64,000 bases of DNA from Macrostomum lignano (GCA_002269645.1 NIVC01000779.1:1-64000), one strand, 5' to 3'. Positions 48,797 to 61,855 are shown, counted from the stretch's first letter. The notes: a model not told the origin generated them from the sequence alone. Made by a program: numbers and translations.

Positions 48797-49395
48797 TTCA
48801 GTGCCACAGTCACAGTCACATTCAGTGCCACAATCAAGGTCACATTCAGTGCCACAATCAAGGTCACATTCAGTGCCACAGTCACAGCCACATTCAGTGC
48901 CACAGTCACAGTCAGATTCAGTGCCACAATCAAGGTCACATTCAGTGCCACAGTCACAGCCACATTCAGTGCCACAGTCACAGTCACATTCAGTGCCAAA
49001 GTCACAGTCACATTCAGTGCCACAATCAAGGTCACATTCAGTGCCACAATCAAGGTCACATTCAGTGCCACAGTCACAGTCACATTCAGTGCCACAATCA
49101 AGGTCACATTCAGTGCCACAATCAAGGTCACATTCAGTGCCACAGTCACAGCCACATTCAGTGCCACAGTCACAGTCAGATTCAGTGCCACAATCAAGGT
49201 CACATTCAGTGCCACAGTCACAGCCACATTCAGTGCCACAGTCACAGTCACATTCAGTGCCAAAGTCACAGTCACATTCAGTGCCACAATCAAGGTCACA
49301 TTCAGTGCCACAGTCGCATTCAGTGCCACAGTCAGTCAGATTCAGTGCCACAATCAAGGTCAAATTCAGTGCCGCAATCAGTCAGATTCAGTTCC
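48797..49395. repeat. 24-bp minisatellite with an 11-unit (264-bp) higher-order duplication
   Basis: Units CACATTCAGTGCCACAGTCACAGT / ...ACAATCAAGGT; the rare GCCAAA variant recurs at 48995 and 49259. Confidence 0.95.
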
Positions 49396-50422
49396 GCAGT
49401 TATTGCGAAACTTACATTAATTTAAAGTCAAGAATCAACTCAATCAGCTAGCGGGAAAGATAACTTGGTGTCGCACAGGTTGTATTTATAATTATATAGA
49501 TAGCATTCAGAAGCTAGGTGTAAATTAGACAGTAGCGCGAATAACAAACAGCAATAAGTAAATAGAAAAAATGTGCTTTTTTATGAGAAGCTAAAAAACA
49601 GGCAAGCAGATAAACAGATAGATTGTATTAGTGAGTTATGAAGAGTCAAGGGCGCCTTAAGTACTCGTAGGACGAGAAACTTCATTTCTTAGAACCGTTT
49701 CTTAGAAAAGTAATTTTGAAGGCATTTATGCTTAATTAAGATGTCTAAAAAAACTATCGCTATTTTGGTGCCGAACCCAACGCCCCAAAAAAACTTTTTT
49801 TCTTAGAAACGAGGCTTTCCATCCTATCTAAGCGAGCTCATAGTTAATGACAGATTGTAGCTGGACACAAGTACATAGTTTGGTATTCATATCTATGCTA
49901 CAATATGAGCGGTGCGATTGCTAAATAATATTTTAAAGGAGTTACATATAAAACATGTGTCTATATGTTTATATATGTTTATCAAAATTGTTAAGCTATA
50001 CATTTAAGACAGAACGGCACAATACAACAAATTGAATTAAGCTTGTTGTCAAAAGCTATTATACGAGATTGTCTGTCAGACAGATTATAGTAGATTTTGG
50101 GGGGATTGCGTTTTACGCTCGTAATCCCGAGTAATCAGAACTTTACTTTAAAGTGACAACGACAATTTTTTATCAAATCAAGTTTTTTTAAATAACGTAT
50201 TCCGCTGTTAGTGCTGTTACTTTTAGTAGTATCGATCGATATGCGCGTCGTGTGTATGCCATAGACGACTGGGCTGACGATAACTCTTCTGAAATAGTGA
50301 GAACATCAGACAAGCTTCTGCAGACTGCAATAATACATCAGACAACCTGTAGACTACAGAAGGCAATACGAGCAGCTTACTCACTGGGGAGCTGGTGTTT
50401 CTGGATCCTTCAATTCGGCCGC

Positions 50423-50915
50423 TTAGAAAGGAAACTTGAAAGCGGCGGCTGCGGCTGCGGCGGCGGCTGCCGACTGATGCTGGTGCAGCTGGTGCTGCTG
50501 ATGATGGTGCTGCTGCAGGTGCTGCTGCTGCTGCTGGTGATGATGCGCTTGATAAGCCGGTACCACCTGTTGATCGCTCATGTAGCCTCCCTGATGCAGC
50601 TGTTGCAGCTGCTGCTGATGACGCTGCTGCTGCTGCTGCTGCTGCTGCTGCAAGGAGGAAGAAGGCGACGAGCCAGCCGAAGAAGCCGCTCCAGATGTTG
50701 AGTTGGCGGTCGCGGCAGCCGCGGCGGCTGCAGCGGCGGCGGCGGCAGCGGCGGCAGCCAAGCTGTCGTATTTGACTGGCGAAGACGAGGTCACCGACTT
50801 GCAGCCGATCGGTGACACCTGCGTGGGGTCCTTGTGCTTGGCCAGGTGCTTGTTCAGGTACGTCTCCGAGTTGTAGTTCTTGCCGCAGACCCGGCAGACG
50901 AGTACTTTGCTGTAC
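50423..50915 (-). CDS. rotund/squeeze/LIN-29/ZNF384-like C2H2 transcription factor, last exon (final finger plus poly-Ala/Gln/His tail)
   Basis: CAG acceptor completes AGG; YSKVLVCRVCGKNYNSETYLNKHLAKH (cf. rotund-type CGKSYTQETYL.KH), then an A18 run, Q/H runs and AAAAAAAAAAFKFPF*. Confidence 0.9.
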
Positions 50916-51099
50916 CTGCGCATGTATGGGGTTAGTTGGAGGGCCTCATATGCGGATGTTGTTTTTAGTGTCTTCGGTCTGCATGCTTCTACTGAAAGTA
51001 GCACGGAGAGCTTTCTTAAACCATTTTATTTGGAATTTCTCGCTGTTAGGAGATACTTTCTCACCACCAGGCCCCGTACCAACCCCCAAAACCTGCACC

Positions 51100-51742
51100 A
51101 GTCGTCACACCCCACACCAGCTCCACACCACCCCTCACACCCCACGCCAGCCCCCACACCAGCCCTCACACCCCACACCAGCTCCACACCACCCCTCACA
51201 CCCCACACCACCCCTCATATCCTACACTAGCCCCACACCACCCCTCACACCCCACACCAGCTCCACACCACCCCTCACATCCTACATCAGCTCCACACCA
51301 CCCCTCACACCCTACACCAGCTCCACACCACCCCTCACATCCCACACCAGCTCCACACGACCCCTCACACCCCACACCACCCCTCATATCCTACACTAGC
51401 CCCACACCACCCCTCACACCCCACACCAGCTCCACACGACCCCTCACATCCTACACCAGCTCCACACCACCCCTCACACCCCACACCAGCTCCACACCAC
51501 CCCTCACACCCCACACTAGCCCCACACCACCCCTCACACCCTACACTAGCCCCACACCAACCCACACCCTACACTAGCCCCACACCAACCCACACCCTAC
51601 ACCAGCCCCACACCAGCTCCACACCACTCCTCAAACCCTACACCAGCTCTCACACCCTACACAAGCCCCACACCCCACACCAGCTCCCACACCCCACACC
51701 AGCGCCCACAATCCACACCAGCCCCCACACCCCACACCAGCC
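51100..51742. repeat. ~30-bp C/A-rich minisatellite filling the zinc-finger gene intron
   Basis: CCCCACACCAGCTCCACACCACCCCTCACA copies run up to the GT donor at 51745. Confidence 0.93.
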
Positions 51743-51745
51743 AAC

Positions 51746-52146
51746 CTGTTGGTGCTGTGCTTGGCCGCAGCGTGAGTGTCCAGTTCATCCTTCGAGTCAA
51801 AGCACATGTAGCAGGCCTCGCATCTGTGCGGCTTGTCCTTCATATGCTGGCGCTGGTGGCTCTGCAGGTTGCTCATCTGGGTGAAACTCTTGGCGCACTG
51901 CCAGCATCGGTAGGGCTTGTCGCCCGTGTGGATTCTCTCGTGCTGCTGGACGTGTGACAGCTGGGTGAACCGCTTGTCGCAGTACTTGCAGCCGTACGGC
52001 TTCTGACCGCTGTGAATTCGACGGTGCTGGCTGAGGTAGGCGGAGGTTGAGAACTGCCTGCCGCAGGTGTCGCAGTGAAATGGCCGCGGATCGGCCTTGT
52101 GCACGGAGCTGTTGTGCAGCAGCAGGTCCTGCTTGTTGAAGCACAG
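51746..52146 (-). CDS. rotund/LIN-29/ZNF384-like zinc-finger gene, internal exon with 4 full C2H2 fingers (acceptor at 52146, or at 52175); upstream exons not identified
   Basis: LCFNKQDLLLH..VH, RPFHCDTCGRQFSTSAYLSQHRRIHSGQKPYGCKYCDKRFTQLSHVQQHERIHTGDKPYRC..SNLQSH..DKPHRC..CYMCF; the YLSQH/QLSH.QQH/SNLQSH signatures are characteristic of this family; phase-2 GT donor. Confidence 0.93.
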
Positions 52147-52255
52147 CTGATGGGATTCCAGGGGATGGGGATGTTCTTGTGAGTTTTATCAGTTGCATAC
52201 CGAAGTGGCCTTGCTTTACAGTAATAACCATAGTGACAGCACTAGCAATCGCTAA

Positions 52256-52738
52256 CATAGTCAGAAGCGCGCATAGTCAGAAGCGCGCATAGTCAGAAGC
52301 GCGCATAGTCAGAAGCGCGCATAGTCAGAAGCGCGCATAGTCAGAAGCGCGCATAGTCAGAAGCGCGCATAGTCAGAAGCGCGCATAGTCAGAAGTACAC
52401 AGAGAGAAGCGCGCATAGTCAGAAGCGCGCATAGTCAAGCGCGCATAGTCAGAGGCGCGCATAGTCAGAAGCGCGCATAGTCAGAAGCGCGCATAGTCAG
52501 AAGTACACAGAGAGAAGCGCGCATAGTCAGAAGCGCGCATAGTCAAGCGCGCATAGTCAGAGGCGCGCATAGTCAAGCGCGCATAGTCAGAGGCGCGCAG
52601 AGTCAGAAGCGCGCATAGTCAGAAGCGCGCATAGTCAGAAGCGCGCATCGTCAGAAGTACACAGAGAGAAGCGCGCATAGTCAGAAGCGCGCATAGTCAA
52701 GCGCGCATAGTCAGAGGCGCGCAGAGTCAGAAGCGCGC
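52256..52738. repeat. 16-bp CpG-rich satellite (ATAGTCAGAAGCGCGC)
   Basis: About 30 units interrupted three times by AGTACACAGAGAGAAG. Confidence 0.95.
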
Positions 52739-53684
52739 GTCAATCCTTAGACAGAACGTGATTCCCCTCGCCAATCAAAGTATCTATTTGAATATTTCAA
52801 TAGACAGATGGATTAGGACCAGCCCTATCAAAGCCAACCTATTTCTAGATTAACTTTTTCTATTTTTCCAAGCGTAAGGGGCGCCGGCCTTGACAACAAA
52901 AAAATGAGAAAAAAATCCCCACCCCCGAGCAGTTTGTTACAGAAAATTCCACCGCAGACTGATCAAGATGGCAAATTTTCCCATACAGACGGAGTAACAA
53001 AAAAGCCCCCAGTTCGAATTGGTAGCCATATAGATTCAGGTCGACCATATTTTTTCAAGATCCCCAAGAGACAATATTGGACACAACCCAGAGATCGATA
53101 TATTTGCAATTGGGTCAGTTGCCATAGCTATGCATCTTCATATACCGATCTAACTGCTACTTAAATAATATGCCAGCCTATTTGAGATTAAGAAAAAAAT
53201 CACAAATTAAAAAAGGCGTCTCTGTGCGAAGCGAGCGACGCTGGAGGCCAAGCCGCGAGTCTAGAGGTCACAGCGGGGGGTTGGTAGGGAGGCTCGGGGA
53301 GGCCCCCTGTTTGCCATCTTCCTCATTGTGTGAGGGGTCGAAAAAAGAAGCTCAAATTAATAAAGCATTCGGGTACTCCGTTTTTTATGGGATCTGCCAA
53401 CCACCCATCTGATTCGGTAGACGATATAAAAAGTCATGCTATGCGCTCGCCAATGCAAATACCTGCGCTCGCATTATGCACGCAGCCGGGGCTGGGGTGC
53501 ACGGCAACACCTGCCGTCTAGCGCTTAATTATCTCCGGTCCGTGGTCTTCGAGGCTGTCTAGAAGAGGCTATAGGGCTTTAGAAAAAAACTAATATGGAC
53601 TATGGCATATGCCATATGTTACCTGTGGCGACTGCGATGGCCCACACCAGTTAAGCATTGCTTAAAAGATTGCTAATCTAAACA

Positions 53685-54815
53685 ATACACGGATGCAGGA
53701 ATAGAATGGATTGCTAATCTAGCCAATACACGGATGCAGGAATAGAATGGATTGCTAATTTAACCAATGTACGGATGCAGGAATAGAATGGATTGCTAAT
53801 CTAACCAATACACGGATGCAGGAATAGAATGGATTGCTAATCTAGCCAATACATGGATGCAGGAATAGAATGGATTGCTAATCTAACCAATACACGGATG
53901 CAGGAATAGAATGGATTGCTAATCTAACCAATACACGGATGCAGGAATAGAATGGATTGCTAATCTAGCCAATACATGGATGCAGGAATAGAATGGATTG
54001 CTAATCTAGCCAATACATGGATGCAGGAATAGAATGGATTGCTAATCTAGCTTACATTAATGCAGGAATAGAATGGATTGCTAATCTAGCCAATACACGG
54101 ATGCAGGAATAGAATGGATTGCTAATCTAGCCAATACACGGATGCAGGAATAGAATGGATTGCTAATCTAGCCAATACATGGATGCAGGAATAGAATGGA
54201 TTGCTAATCTAACCAATACACGGATGCAGGAATAGAATGGATTGCTAATCTAGTCAATACATGGATGCAGGAATAGAATGGATTGCTAATCTAACCAATA
54301 CATGGATGCAGGAATAGAATGGATTGCTAATCTAACCAATACACGGATGCAGGAATAGAATGGATTGCTAATCTAGTCAATACATGAATGCAGGAATAGA
54401 ATGGATTGCTAATCTAGTCAATACATGGATGCAGGAATAGAATGGATTGCTAATCTAACCAATACACGGATGCAGGAATAGAATGGATTGCTAATCTAGC
54501 TTACATTAATGCAGGAATAGAATGGATTGCTAATCTAACCAATACACGGATGCAGGAATAGAATGGATTGCTAATCTAGCTTACATTAATGCAGGAATAG
54601 AATGGATTGCTAATCTGGCTTACATTAATGCAGGAATAGAATGGATTGCTAATCTAGCTTACATTAATACAGGAATAGAATGGATTGCTAATCTGGCTTA
54701 CATTAATGCAGGAATAGAATGGATTGCTAATCTAGCTTACATTAATACAGGAATAGAATGGATTGCTAATCTGGCTTACATTAATGCAGGAATAGAATGG
54801 ATTGCTAATCTAGCC
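53685..54815. repeat. 41/40-bp minisatellite, ~27 copies, with polarised variants
   Basis: GGATTGCTAATCTAGCCAATACACGGATGCAGGAATAGAAT on the left; the variant ...CTTACATTAATGCAGG dominates the right end. Confidence 0.96.
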
Positions 54816-55734
54816 TGCATGGATGAATGAACAAAAGCGATAGACCAACAATAAACTGAAAAAATACTTTCGAAAATGTCAAAATTTTGGTTTATTTTTG
54901 ACTGGACCTCTTCAAAGGGAATCTTCTGCACATCAGCTCATCCTGTACCCGGCTTCTCCAGACCAGGGTTTCACCTGAGCGATGCTGAGTAACTGCAATT
55001 CTATTATTGAGCATGTTCGGGACAACAATGGGCTTCCTTTGTTGGCAGTTGTGTAGGGTAGGGGGGGGGGGCTCGATTCCGAGCTCATCCCTCATTCTAT
55101 AAAAATCTTCGCCTCCGTCCCGTTCATCATAGCCCTGTCCTCTCTTGTGTCCGAAAAAACTCGCAGAAAGGATCGAGAGATAATAGGGAATAGGGGGAGC
55201 TCAACCTCCCCCTGCCCTGCTCTCGACCTCGGCGTGTTTTTTTATTAGCCTCACAAAGAAGAATCGAACCCCTGACTTAGCAACCAGAGAGGACCAAAGA
55301 GAAAAAAGAGCGCGAGCTTTGTGGAAATTAAAAAAAGCAATGCAAGCGGAGGAAACGCGGGGACCTCATCGTCTGTCTATTTCTAGTCACGCAGTTGAGC
55401 AGGCGGCTGGCTGGCCGGAGGCAACACAATGCTCTCTCAAGCAGCAACCAGTGCTTCCACTGCTATCAGCTAATTCGACTGAGGCAGAATAAGCCGCTAA
55501 CAATCTTTGTAAAATGTATTTTAATCTTTTCAGTTTTTGAGCATTTGCTTTGACTTTCTGCTTTCTCCGAACAATATTGTTCAATCTGTTTTCGTATTGC
55601 ATTCTATAGGCACTGGCAAAATGATGGCATTATTTATATTTGATGCCATTTTTAATCAAGAGGTGCCATTTTTGATAGAGAATGTCATTTTTGATGAAAG
55701 GATGCCATTTTTAATTAAGGCTTGCCATTTTGAA

Positions 55735-56190
55735 TGATCGGTTGCCATTTTATATGAAGGGTTGCCATTTTATATGAAGGGTTGCCATTTTATATGAAGG
55801 GTTGCCATTTTATATGAAGGGTTGCCATTTTATATGAAGGGTTGCCATTTTATAGTAAGGGTTGCCATTTTATATGAAGGGTTGCCATTTTTAATGAAGG
55901 TTTGCCCTTTTCAATGAATGGGTGCCATTTTTAATGAATGGGTGCCATTTTTAATGAATGGGTGCCATTTTAAATGAATGGGTGCCATTTTTTATAGAGA
56001 ATGTCATTTTTGATGAAGGGATGCCTTATTTTAATGAAGGGTGCCATTTTTCAGTGAACGGTTTCCATTTTTAATAAAGTGTTGCCATTTTTAATGAACG
56101 GTTGCCATTTTTGATAAAGTGTTGCCATTTTTAATGAACGGTTGCCATTTTTGATAAAGAGCTGTCAATTTTAATCGAGCCGAGCCATTT
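55735..56190. repeat. 20-bp minisatellite (GTTGCCATTTTATATGAAGG), degenerating outward
   Basis: Perfect copies at 55741-55860 with diverged copies on both sides. Confidence 0.9.
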
Positions 56191-57037
56191 TGAAACAACC
56201 AACTCGTAGCTTACTAGAAAGATCTCCAGGGCACCCCAAAAAATTTCTAATTTAAGATTCCACTTTTAAACACCAATTTGCATTCAGTACACAAGGCATT
56301 CAGTACAATAAAGTGTGTATCAAACGTATTAAAGGCAGTCAGTCACCGCTCTGCATCAGTCAGGCCTGTTAACAATTTACTATTGGGCATAATTTCGGGG
56401 CAAATTCGGTTCATTCGAAAACGCGAAAGGACACAAGAAATATAGAAGCAACATCAGCAGCAGCAGCAGCAGCAAAGAGCCGGCAAATGTCGCTTTGCTC
56501 TTAGACAGACGACTAATTGGAATGGGGAAAAAGTTGGGGCGAAAAAGTTAACGAGGGTTAGCGGTAAGGGACGGTTTTGCGACGCCATGGGGGAAGCCCA
56601 CCCATATGCGGAAGAGGAGAAAAGCTGCTATGGGGGGAGCCGGCCGGCGTGCTGGTTGAAGTAACCGAAAACTGCGCGTTGGAATTAAACCTACAACACC
56701 GTCACAACATGGGCCATGGATATAAGCTCTGAATTTTCGATTGCGCAGTTTCAGGCAGTCTGTTTTTTAATAGGATTCTTGTCTTTAGATAGACTTTCGG
56801 CGCCACTTCAGACATCAGTTTTGGCGCCATTCTTTAATTCATTTTAGCGCCGATTTCAAATTCATTTTAGCGCCGATTTCAAATTCATTTTTAGCGCCGA
56901 TTTCTTAAATTCATTTTAGTGCCATTTTTGAGGGCATATTTCAAATCTCCTTTAAAACTTGATAAAATAAACTTTGGTTATTGTTTGGCTTTTAGATGGC
57001 ACTTTGACGCCTCCTCAGAAGTCCATTTGGCGCCCAC

Positions 57038-57283
57038 TAGGGGGCGTCGCCATGAATTTATGGTGGGGGGGGACGAAGCCAAGAATTCTGCATAACTAAA
57101 TTCCTATTTTGAGAATATGTGCTCTTAGCGCTCACTTTGGCCGTCTGATGCAAAATTATTGATTTCTACAAGGGGTAACAAGGTGGGGTGGGGGGACAAA
57201 GCATTGGCATGTCCCTCCTATAGCTTCTACTAAGGGACATGCCCCCCCCCTGTCCCCCCGTTGGCCCGGTGGCGACGCCCCTG
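57038..57283. mobile_element. 246-bp hAT-type MITE
   Basis: 14-bp TIRs TAGGGGCGTCGCCA / TGGCGACGCCCCTG; perfect 8-bp TSD GCGCCCAC (57030-57037 and 57284-57291). Confidence 0.88.
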
Positions 57284-58150
57284 GCGCCCACTCTGAGGTC
57301 CACCTTGGCGCCCATTTGAGGTCCACCTTGGCGCCCCTCTGAGATCCACCTTAGCGCCCCTCTGAGGTCCACCTTGGCGCCCACTCTGAGGTCCACCTTG
57401 GCGCCCATTTGAGGTCCACCTTGGCGCCCCTCTGAGATCCACCTTAGCGCCCCTCTGAGGTCCACCTTGGCGCCCACTCTGAGGTCCACCTTGGCGCCCA
57501 CTCTGAGCTCCACCTTGGCGCCCACTCTGAGCTCCACCTTGGCGCCCACTCTGAGGTCCACCTTGGCGCCCACTCTGAGCTCCACCTTGGCGCCCACTCT
57601 GAGGTCCACCTTGGCGCCCACTCTGAGGTCCACCTTGGCGCCCACTCTGAGATCCACCTTGGCGCCCCTCTGAGATCCACCTTAGCGCCCCTCTGAGGTC
57701 CACCTTGGCGCCCACTCTGAGGTCCACCTTGGCGCCCACTCTGAGATCCACCTTGGCGCCCCTCTGAGATCCACCTTGGCGCCCCTCTGAGGTCCACCTT
57801 GGCGCCCACTCTGAGGTCCACCTTGGCGCCCCTCTGAGATCCACCTTAGCGCCCCTCTGAGGTCCAACTTGGCGCCCACTCTGAGCTCCACCTTGGCGCC
57901 CACTCTGAGGTCCACCTTGGCGCCCACTCTGAGCTCCACCTTGGCGCCCACTCTGAGGTCCACCTTGGCGCCCACTCTGAGGTCCACCTTGGCGCCCACT
58001 CTGAGGTCCACCTTGGCGCCCACTCTGAGCTCCACCTTGGCGCCCACTCTGAGCTCCACCTTGGCGCCCACTCTGAGGTCCACCTTGGCGCCCACTCTGA
58101 GGTCCACCTTGGCGCCCACTCTGAGGTCCACCTTGGCGCCCACTCTGAGG
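57284..58150. repeat. 23/24-bp GC-rich satellite (TTGGCGCCCACTCTGAGGTCCACC), ~36 copies
   Basis: Directly visible; explains the periodic minus-strand ORFs. Confidence 0.97.
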
Positions 58151-58894
58151 TAGACCGTTCGCTCACCAGACTAGAAAAATTCCCTTTCACAACACGGAAT
58201 TGTCAGTAAAGTGAAAAAACTTGATGAAATTAATAGAATCTGTTGCATTTAAAAAAATCCCATTGAAATAAAAAATGGGCACACAGAAAAACCAGGGGAT
58301 CAAACCCAATCCTTTCATCCAGTTGACCCACTTCCGTTTGCAGCAACAAATTGAATAAAAAATTTAGGCAGATCTGAAACCCCGTCTAGTTGAAAGCATG
58401 CTGAAATAGCTACCATTTATTTTTACAACTCATTGTTTCAACCCTCCAACCTAAACTATCCGCAGAATCTGGTCCTAAGACGCGTTTCCTGCAATTTCGG
58501 TTATACCGAGAGACGGCTTCAAGGGAAACAGGGGGAGCTGAAGGAAGGAAAGAAGGTATGTAAAAAAAGCAAGTCTTTTGGAATTGGATGCATTAACAAT
58601 ACCAGAATGGATAAAAAACGTATGGCTTGAGCGCGTATTTTTTCATTATAACATTGCCACATGTTACCCGACGGACTCCATCCTTATTGAGGCTGATTTT
58701 GTTTATTTAAGCTAAAAGGAAGCCACCGTCTACTGCCTATATGACTTTTAGCTCGGCTTTTAACTCTGAGAATCGGGTTAATTCTTCTTAATTGTGTGCT
58801 AGAAAGTCAAACAAATATTATATTTGCTTTGGATGCTGGACACGTGTGTTTTCTCACTGAGGGTGATGGTGTAATTCTGAAATTTAGATAAACT

Positions 58895-59288
58895 AGTCAG
58901 TCAGTCAGTCAGTCAGTCAGTCAGTCAGTCAGTCAGTCAGTCAGTCAGTCAGTCAGTCAGTCAGTCAGTCAGTCAGTCAGTCAGTCAGTCAGTCAGTCAG
59001 TCAGTCAGTCAGTCAGTCAGTCAGTCAGCCAGCCAGTCAGTCAGTCAGTCAGTCAGTCAGTCAGTCAGTCAGTCAGTCAGTCAGTCAGTCAGTCAGTCAG
59101 TCAGTCAGTCAGTCAGTCAGTCAGTCAGTCAGTCAGTCAGTCAGTCAGTCAGTCAGTCAGTCAGTCAGTCAGTCAGTCAGTCAGTCAGTCAGTCAGTCAG
59201 TCAGTCAGTCAGTCAGTCAGTTAGTCAGTCAGTCAGTCAGTCAGTCAGTCAGTCAGTCAGTCAGTCAGTCAGGCAGTCAGTCAGTCAG
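58895..59288. repeat. (AGTC)n microsatellite, ~98 units
   Basis: Near-perfect tract; reverse complement of the (GACT)n tract at 23.6 kb. Confidence 0.99.
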
Positions 59289-59339
59289 GTTTTAATCAAA
59301 GCTTTGATCTAAGCCTTTAGTGGTCTGCAAAATAGGAAG

Positions 59340-59900
59340 GTTGGAGACGGTGCTGCTACGAGGTACTCCAGTTTCTGGCTCTGTAAATCGCCTCGGTTGA
59401 GGCGAGTTGCAGACAGACCCCCTGGCGCCATCGAGTGCCGCTTCTTACACACAGTTGAAAAGTTGCAGAAATCATTTCATATTCTCGAACTGCAGAGGCG
59501 ACACTGAGCGGCCGATTTTTCCCACTTTAATCCAGCAATACGCGGAATCGTTTGAAGACTTGTTGCGCATAAGAGGGGGGTGGGTTATACCGTGGACAAT
59601 CAACGCTAACACCTAGGCAGGTTAGGGTAGGTGAGACTCTTCTTAATTTTTTGACTTCATTCCCTGCCCAAGTCTATCGTATATAAATGCGAGGCCAAAT
59701 AATTCCCCAAAAGCAGACTGGGCGGCGCCTTGCAGCGCGAAATCGATTTCCCTGCTGCGTTGCCCTGCAGCTAACATTGAAAAAATTCTCCCATAAGCTG
59801 TTGGCGGGCATCGGGATTGGGAGAAAAGGATTCAGCGGTTGATTAAAGCTGGGAAATTGGGGAGAAACTTCCCAGACTGTGAGGGAAGATGGTGGCCACA
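59340..59900 (-). mobile_element. Degraded non-LTR retrotransposon (LINE) reverse-transcriptase C-terminal fragment
   Basis: Minus-strand pieces AYGRIFSMLAAG..REIDFALQGA and CLGVSVD...KRFRVL..SGKNRPLSVASAVREY resemble LINE RT (YADD..LQ.A; YLGV..D..KR..L...PLS); stops and frameshifts present. Confidence 0.4.
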
Positions 59901-60014
59901 CTTGGTTCGGGAAATGATGGAATTTGCTTTCGGCAGGAAACTTGATTTTGATTGAGTTTTTTTTAAATCGGATTTAAGAAGCATGGGAATTTTGAGGTAG
60001 GACCAGTTTGGGGT

Positions 60015-60575
60015 TCGGTGAAACTGTGATTGGTGAAGATTTGGTTCGGTGAAACTGTGATTGGTGAAGATTTGGTTCGGTGAAACTGTGATTGGTGAAG
60101 ATTTGGTTCGGTGAAACTGTGATTGGTGAAGATTTGGTTCGGTGAAACTGTGATTGGTGAAGATTTGGTTCGGTGAAACTGTGATTGGTGAAGATTTGGT
60201 TCGGTGAAACTGTGATTGGTGAAGATTTGGTTCGGTGAAACTGTGATTGGTGAAGATTTGGTTCGGTGAAACTGTGATTGGTGAAGATTTGGTTCGGTGA
60301 AACTGTGATTGGTGAAGATTTGGTTCGGTGAAACTGTGATTGGTGAAGATTTGGTTCGGTGAAACTGTAATTGGTGAAGATTTGGTTCGGTGAAACTGTG
60401 ATTGGTGAAGATTTGGTTCGGTGAAACTGTGATTGGTGAAGATTCGGGTTAGTAAAACTGATTAGTGACGATTCGGGTTAGTGAAACTGTGATTGGTGAA
60501 GATTCGGGTTAGTAAAACTGATTAGTGACGATTCGGGTTAGTGAAACTGTGATTGGTGAAGATTCGGGTTGGTGA
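60015..60575. repeat. 31-bp minisatellite (GGTGAAACTGTGATTGGTGAAGATTTGGTTC) made of 15+16-bp subunits
   Basis: About 14 near-identical copies followed by diverged ones. Confidence 0.96.
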
Positions 60576-61149
60576 CACTTTAGATAGGAAAGTTAGATTT
60601 AAGAAATGGTCAGTGAAATAGAAATGACATATATCTGCAGAAAAAGTGCAGAAGCAGAAAGCTCCCACTGAATAAAGAAAAGTCAGTCATCGCTAGTGAA
60701 GTGGCACTGGAACACCTTGTATTCAGCACATTTAAGCTAACAAGTTGTAGAAATTAAAAAAATCATCTCATCTCTAAAACTATACAAGGCATTGCCCTAC
60801 TCGACAAATATGGATTGTCAATTATAAGAAGGCCATTAACGGATGCTGAGGATTTCCAAACGCCAGTCCAGTTGGTTGTTTAGCACGTCAATCAATCAAT
60901 GAGTGCGTGGATAATTGGGGGGAATACTGCTACAGGTTGGTAAATTCTTTAGGGAAAAAAAATGGCACTTGGATGTTTTTCTTATGACAGCTAAACCCAG
61001 CTAATGGGGCTTGCAGTGCGTTTGATAAAAAAATCCTATAAAATAAAAGACAATTACCTGTCATTATGGTAATGTGACTGACTGCATTAGCAGAAAGGGC
61101 AAGTCTCTAAGTTAATAGTTCTATAGACTCAGAAATGATCGCTAGATAT

Positions 61150-61275
61150 AGAATTGTCGCCCTAAAATATTTAGATTTGGCGCCCTAAAATATTTAGATT
61201 TGGCGCCCTACAATATTTAGATTTGGCCCCTTAAAATATTCAGATTTGGCGCCCTACCATATTTAGAATTGGCGG
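61150..61275. repeat. 23-bp minisatellite (ATTTGGCGCCCTAAAATATTTAG), ~5 copies
   Basis: Directly visible. Confidence 0.85.
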
Positions 61276-61855
61276 TTGTTTATATTCAATTAAAACGCAG
61301 CTTGGCATACTTTCAAATAAAATTTTACTCGTTAAAATACGAGTAATTCAGCCAGCACCAATAGGCTACAAATGATTACGTAATCAAAAGGTTTGACCCG
61401 TAGCGCAACCAATGGGATCGTATGCGGGATTTTTCATAAATTTTCTCATTTCTATTAGGAACCAAATCAATTGGTGAAAAAACTTCATGTCCTAAACAGT
61501 GAAAGAAAATTAACTGCCTGCATACTCTCTCATTTCTGCTTCTGGTGGCTGTCATGTCTCGATAGAATGAAATCACAAATAATTCAAACACATGCAGATT
61601 GCGGTGCATATTCTGCTATAATTCGAATAGAAAGAGTTTCACATTGAATGCAGAAATCCATCCATGCAAGGGGAGAGTGCTAAACCAGTTCCAGTTTCAA
61701 GACACTGCATGGCTCTGCAGAGAGAGAATAAAGTGAAAACAACTGCCTCGGCTGCTGCATAGCGAACTTCTTCATGGCTGAGTTCGTGACTGAAGAAATT
61801 CGTGTCTCTCGGCCGGTTTTCCTGACCGCGCACGGAATCGCGCACGGTACTCTGT

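Noticed and set aside
48650-49451. Cys/Asp-rich DCGTEC-repeat ORF (metallothionein-like appearance) and overlapping ORFs
   Set aside because: Several frames on both strands are open because the 24-bp unit largely lacks stops; no splice or codon evidence of coding.
50252-50701. 149-aa Leu-rich plus-strand ORF
   Set aside because: Antisense shadow of the CAG/GCN-rich last exon of the zinc-finger gene.
57166-58190. RQGG / GAKVDLRV / APTLRST repeat ORFs
   Set aside because: Products of the 23/24-bp satellite; frames shift with unit-length variants.
61376-61609. Weak resemblance of LGHEVFSPIDLVP to the mariner YSPDLAP motif
   Set aside because: Too short and degenerate; no other Tc1/mariner motifs or TIRs seen.
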